Source: Barthelona sp. PCE (lineage: Eukaryota). Taken from it: a DNA stretch of 64,000 nucleotides. Each line of letters opens with the position of its first letter. The stretch's first letter is position 1. Below are positions 61,419 through 64,000 of this stretch, one piece after another. Location of the stretch: the NCBI GenBank assembly GCA_040285745.1, contig JAUFOR010000003.1, positions 62,001 through 126,000 of the forward strand, written 5' to 3'. The notes under the pieces are model-generated. The model saw only the letters and a program-made list of their open reading frames with translations, ran no database searches and had not been told where the DNA came from. A program made the translations under genes and the position numbers.

Positions 61419-63962
61419 TCAAAGATCGTCAATGGTTAACTCACTACATCTCAAAAAATCTCCACTGTAATACTCGTTGATTCTATCGCTGTAATGTTCA
61501 GGTTGGTTGTCCTGGAACAATATATCAAAAAGACTTAGATCTGAGATGATTTCCTCGTCAGTGATGATTGTATAGTTCTCCCACAACTCTGAAAGGTGTT
61601 CACATACGTCTTCCTCGTCGAAATCAAGTTCAACCCCCTTCTCCAGCAGTTTGTAAACTGCAATTAAAGCATGCTTTTCGCGACCCGGAGTCTGTACTAT
61701 CTGAGCGTATTTCTCAACGGCAGAGGGTGCAACAACGCGTCCCTCGATAACCAAACGCACAGTGGGAAGGAGGTAAGCGCTTAGATACAGAGCATCGATA
61801 GGTTCCTCACATGGTAAAGTTTTGGCGGATGCTAGAAGGTTTTGCGCGAAAAATGTGGCCTCTGGGATACTAGCATAATGAACAAAAATCCTATCAATTA
61901 TATCTGCAGCATAAAGAGCTGGAATCGGGCGCAATGCCTCTAACAAGCCGGAAACAAGACCCAAAGCAGCAACAGCAACGTCCTCAAACCCAGGTAGAGG
62001 AATATAATAACGCACGATATCGAGAACATACATTGATAACCCGACTCCTTCATCAACAAGCACACTGGTCAAGCTAAAGATTTCAATCAGCTGAGGAACA
62101 CACTCGTCTGGGACTGTTCTCAACAGTGCCATCCATAAATCTATAATAGCTCCACTTACAACGTAAAGTCCGTCATACTCGAAATTGACGCACTCACGGA
62201 TGATACCAATAGCTGCGTCAAGAATCTCAGAGACACTTTCACGAAGGCAGTACACAAGATGGATAAGGACATGTATCAGACTGCTACGAATGAAATGAAC
62301 GTTAGGATAGCTTGACCATAGCTGATCGAAACAATCGAGTAGAGGTGCAGAATGTTCGGCTAGCGTTCCCTGTAACCAATCTGCAATCTTCACTAGAAAG
62401 ACAAGCAGGTTGCCGATTACAGTAGCGGACTCCAATTGTGAGATGAACTGTGAGATGCTTTCGAATGCACTACCTAAAACTTCAATCACCGTTTCGTTGT
62501 TTGACATGACTATGTTACAGAACATACTAGTGCTCAGGATCTTCTCCAAACATGATGAGGCACGTGTGCAAACAACAAGATCGTCTGACAACAGTAAAGA
62601 AAACGCATGCTCCACAATAGTGACCATAATACTTTCGTCGATACCATTGTGTGTTGCAATGTATTCTCCTAATAGAAGCATAGAAAAATCATTAATGGAT
62701 GTAGATTCCATGCTCTCTATCCAATTATATACGTTCAACATACTCCCGTAATCATTCATCTTACAGACAATAGCAGCGGTAGCAAACGCTATCTCATCAT
62801 TTATATCATCGAATGCTTCCAATGTCAGAACGTCGGAGATAAAACCCTTGGGCTGTAGAGTATAAAACTCATGAATCAAACGAAGTGCTGCCTGCCTGGC
62901 TGAGTTCTCCATGCTTTCCATTAGAAAATCTGCAGCACACTCCTCAGGATCCTCAATCCATCGGGATAACTCGTGTGTTGAGAGTTTTGTAAGGCTGTAA
63001 CATACATGATACAAAGAATCAAGTGTCTCGTCGTCCATGTTTTTAACGATAGAGGAATTATATTCGCTTAATTTAAGAATGCAATCAACGGATATTACAA
63101 TAAAGAATATTTCTTCATAACCGCATTCAGAAATATTCCGTTCACGGGAAAAAACAAATATAGAATCCAGAATTGCGTTAAAAAGATCTGTGATTTCCTC
63201 CAAAGATAGCTCATATGAATATGTAGCTAATACACTAACGTAATCCATTATAAGGTTAACCAACGATGGTGTAGCCACATAAACCTCCTGTAAAAGGTGC
63301 TTGGCATAAGGAATAAACGATTTGAGCATACTAGAATTAAACATAGTAATGTATTCAACAACGAAAGTCTTCAATGTTGAAAGAGCAACCATTTTTTTAT
63401 CCTCAAAAAAATTGTCGATAACAGACATGATATTTTCTGTATGCTCCTCACAAAATTCTCTGAACAAAACTCGTGCTTTAGAAAGACGATTTCCACCAAA
63501 TTTTTTCATCGTCTGGTGCAATAAATGAAGCATATGGGTAGTATTTTGACAGTCTGTGTCACCCAATGCCTCTGCAAACAGTTCCAAAAAATTATAATTA
63601 GTGGGAAAAAGATAATAAAATACTTCAACCATCATATTAGCATAGTTATCAAGGAAGTTATCATTATTATCTTCCTCTATCTCAAAATACGTGGGCACAA
63701 TGCCCTCCAAAAAGTCAACAATAACGTCAACTCCATATTCCTTTATCCAACTACGAATGTACTTAGTTAAATGGTTTTTAAGGACAACTAGTCCTAGAAG
63801 TGCACCTGAATCCCCTGATGCACAAGAACTAAGTTGCTCTTGTAACCATTCAAAAACTGCAACAGCAAATTCTGGAGTATTTTGCTCATTGATAAATGCT
63901 TCGGCTTCATCAATAGTCTTTGAATCCTGCAGTTGCAGAAATAGTTCATCTAAATCTGTCAT
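61419..63962 (-). CDS. Importin-beta family karyopherin, importin-11-like
   Basis: N-terminal IBN_N-like (EAEAFI...LVVLKNHLTKY), acidic HEAT repeats, LSTHELSRWIEDPEE motif. Confidence 0.7.
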   Translation of the reverse strand: MTDLDELFLQLQDSKTIDEAEAFINEQNTPEFAVAVFEWLQEQLSSCASGDSGALLGLVVLKNHLTKYIRSWIKEYGVDVIVDFLEGIVPTYFEIEEDNNDNFLDNYANMMVEVFYYLFPTNYNFLELFAEALGDTDCQNTTHMLHLLHQTMKKFGGNRLSKARVLFREFCEEHTENIMSVIDNFFEDKKMVALSTLKTFVVEYITMFNSSMLKSFIPYAKHLLQEVYVATPSLVNLIMDYVSVLATYSYELSLEEITDLFNAILDSIFVFSRERNISECGYEEIFFIVISVDCILKLSEYNSSIVKNMDDETLDSLYHVCYSLTKLSTHELSRWIEDPEECAADFLMESMENSARQAALRLIHEFYTLQPKGFISDVLTLEAFDDINDEIAFATAAIVCKMNDYGSMLNVYNWIESMESTSINDFSMLLLGEYIATHNGIDESIMVTIVEHAFSLLLSDDLVVCTRASSCLEKILSTSMFCNIVMSNNETVIEVLGSAFESISQFISQLESATVIGNLLVFLVKIADWLQGTLAEHSAPLLDCFDQLWSSYPNVHFIRSSLIHVLIHLVYCLRESVSEILDAAIGIIRECVNFEYDGLYVVSGAIIDLWMALLRTVPDECVPQLIEIFSLTSVLVDEGVGLSMYVLDIVRYYIPLPGFEDVAVAALGLVSGLLEALRPIPALYAADIIDRIFVHYASIPEATFFAQNLLASAKTLPCEEPIDALYLSAYLLPTVRLVIEGRVVAPSAVEKYAQIVQTPGREKHALIAVYKLLEKGVELDFDEEDVCEHLSELWENYTIITDEEIISDLSLFDILFQDNQPEHYSDRINEYYSGDFLRCSELTIDDL

Positions 63963-64000
63963 TATGTGAAAAGAAGGTTAAAAGAAAAAACAAACTTGAG

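Noticed and set aside
1-64000. Alternative genetic code (TAA/TAG = Gln as in hexamitid diplomonads)
   Set aside because: Conserved proteins end at TAA, TAG and TGA at expected positions, and long ORFs have no internal stops.

Overview
Gene-dense, intron-poor nuclear DNA from an anaerobic, probably flagellated protist. It looks metamonad-like, but that is inferred from intron signals and gene content, not an identification. The code is standard: TAA, TAG and TGA all act as stops. I call 36 protein genes, mostly eukaryotic housekeeping (Uba3, Far11/STRIP, Rad6, AMP deaminase, prefoldin 4, CC2D1/Lgd, RME-8, DLD, TMEM17, PDI, RPB8, acyl-CoA synthetase, Trm5, Tap42, CenH3-like H3, Prp22-like helicase, PI synthase, importin-11-like). 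Highlights: (1) an [FeFe]-hydrogenase fused to a flavodoxin/FNR diflavin reductase, and a bacterial-type CoA-disulfide reductase-rhodanese, both with NADPH-type signatures, suggesting a possible H2/NADPH/persulfide circuit; (2) three spliceosomal introns missed by the ORF track, all ending CTNAC-AYTTAG (branch point fused to the 3' splice site); (3) an RME-8 that appears to lack its J domain; (4) four apparent pseudoenzymes (XRN-like, DEDDy-like, two alpha/beta-hydrolases); (5) a tandem pair of small uncharacterised HR[DE]YCG proteins; (6) a 2,878-aa surface protein; (7) a candidate AUU start. I found no tRNA, rRNA, transposon or CRISPR. All family calls come from motif recognition by eye, not from database searches.
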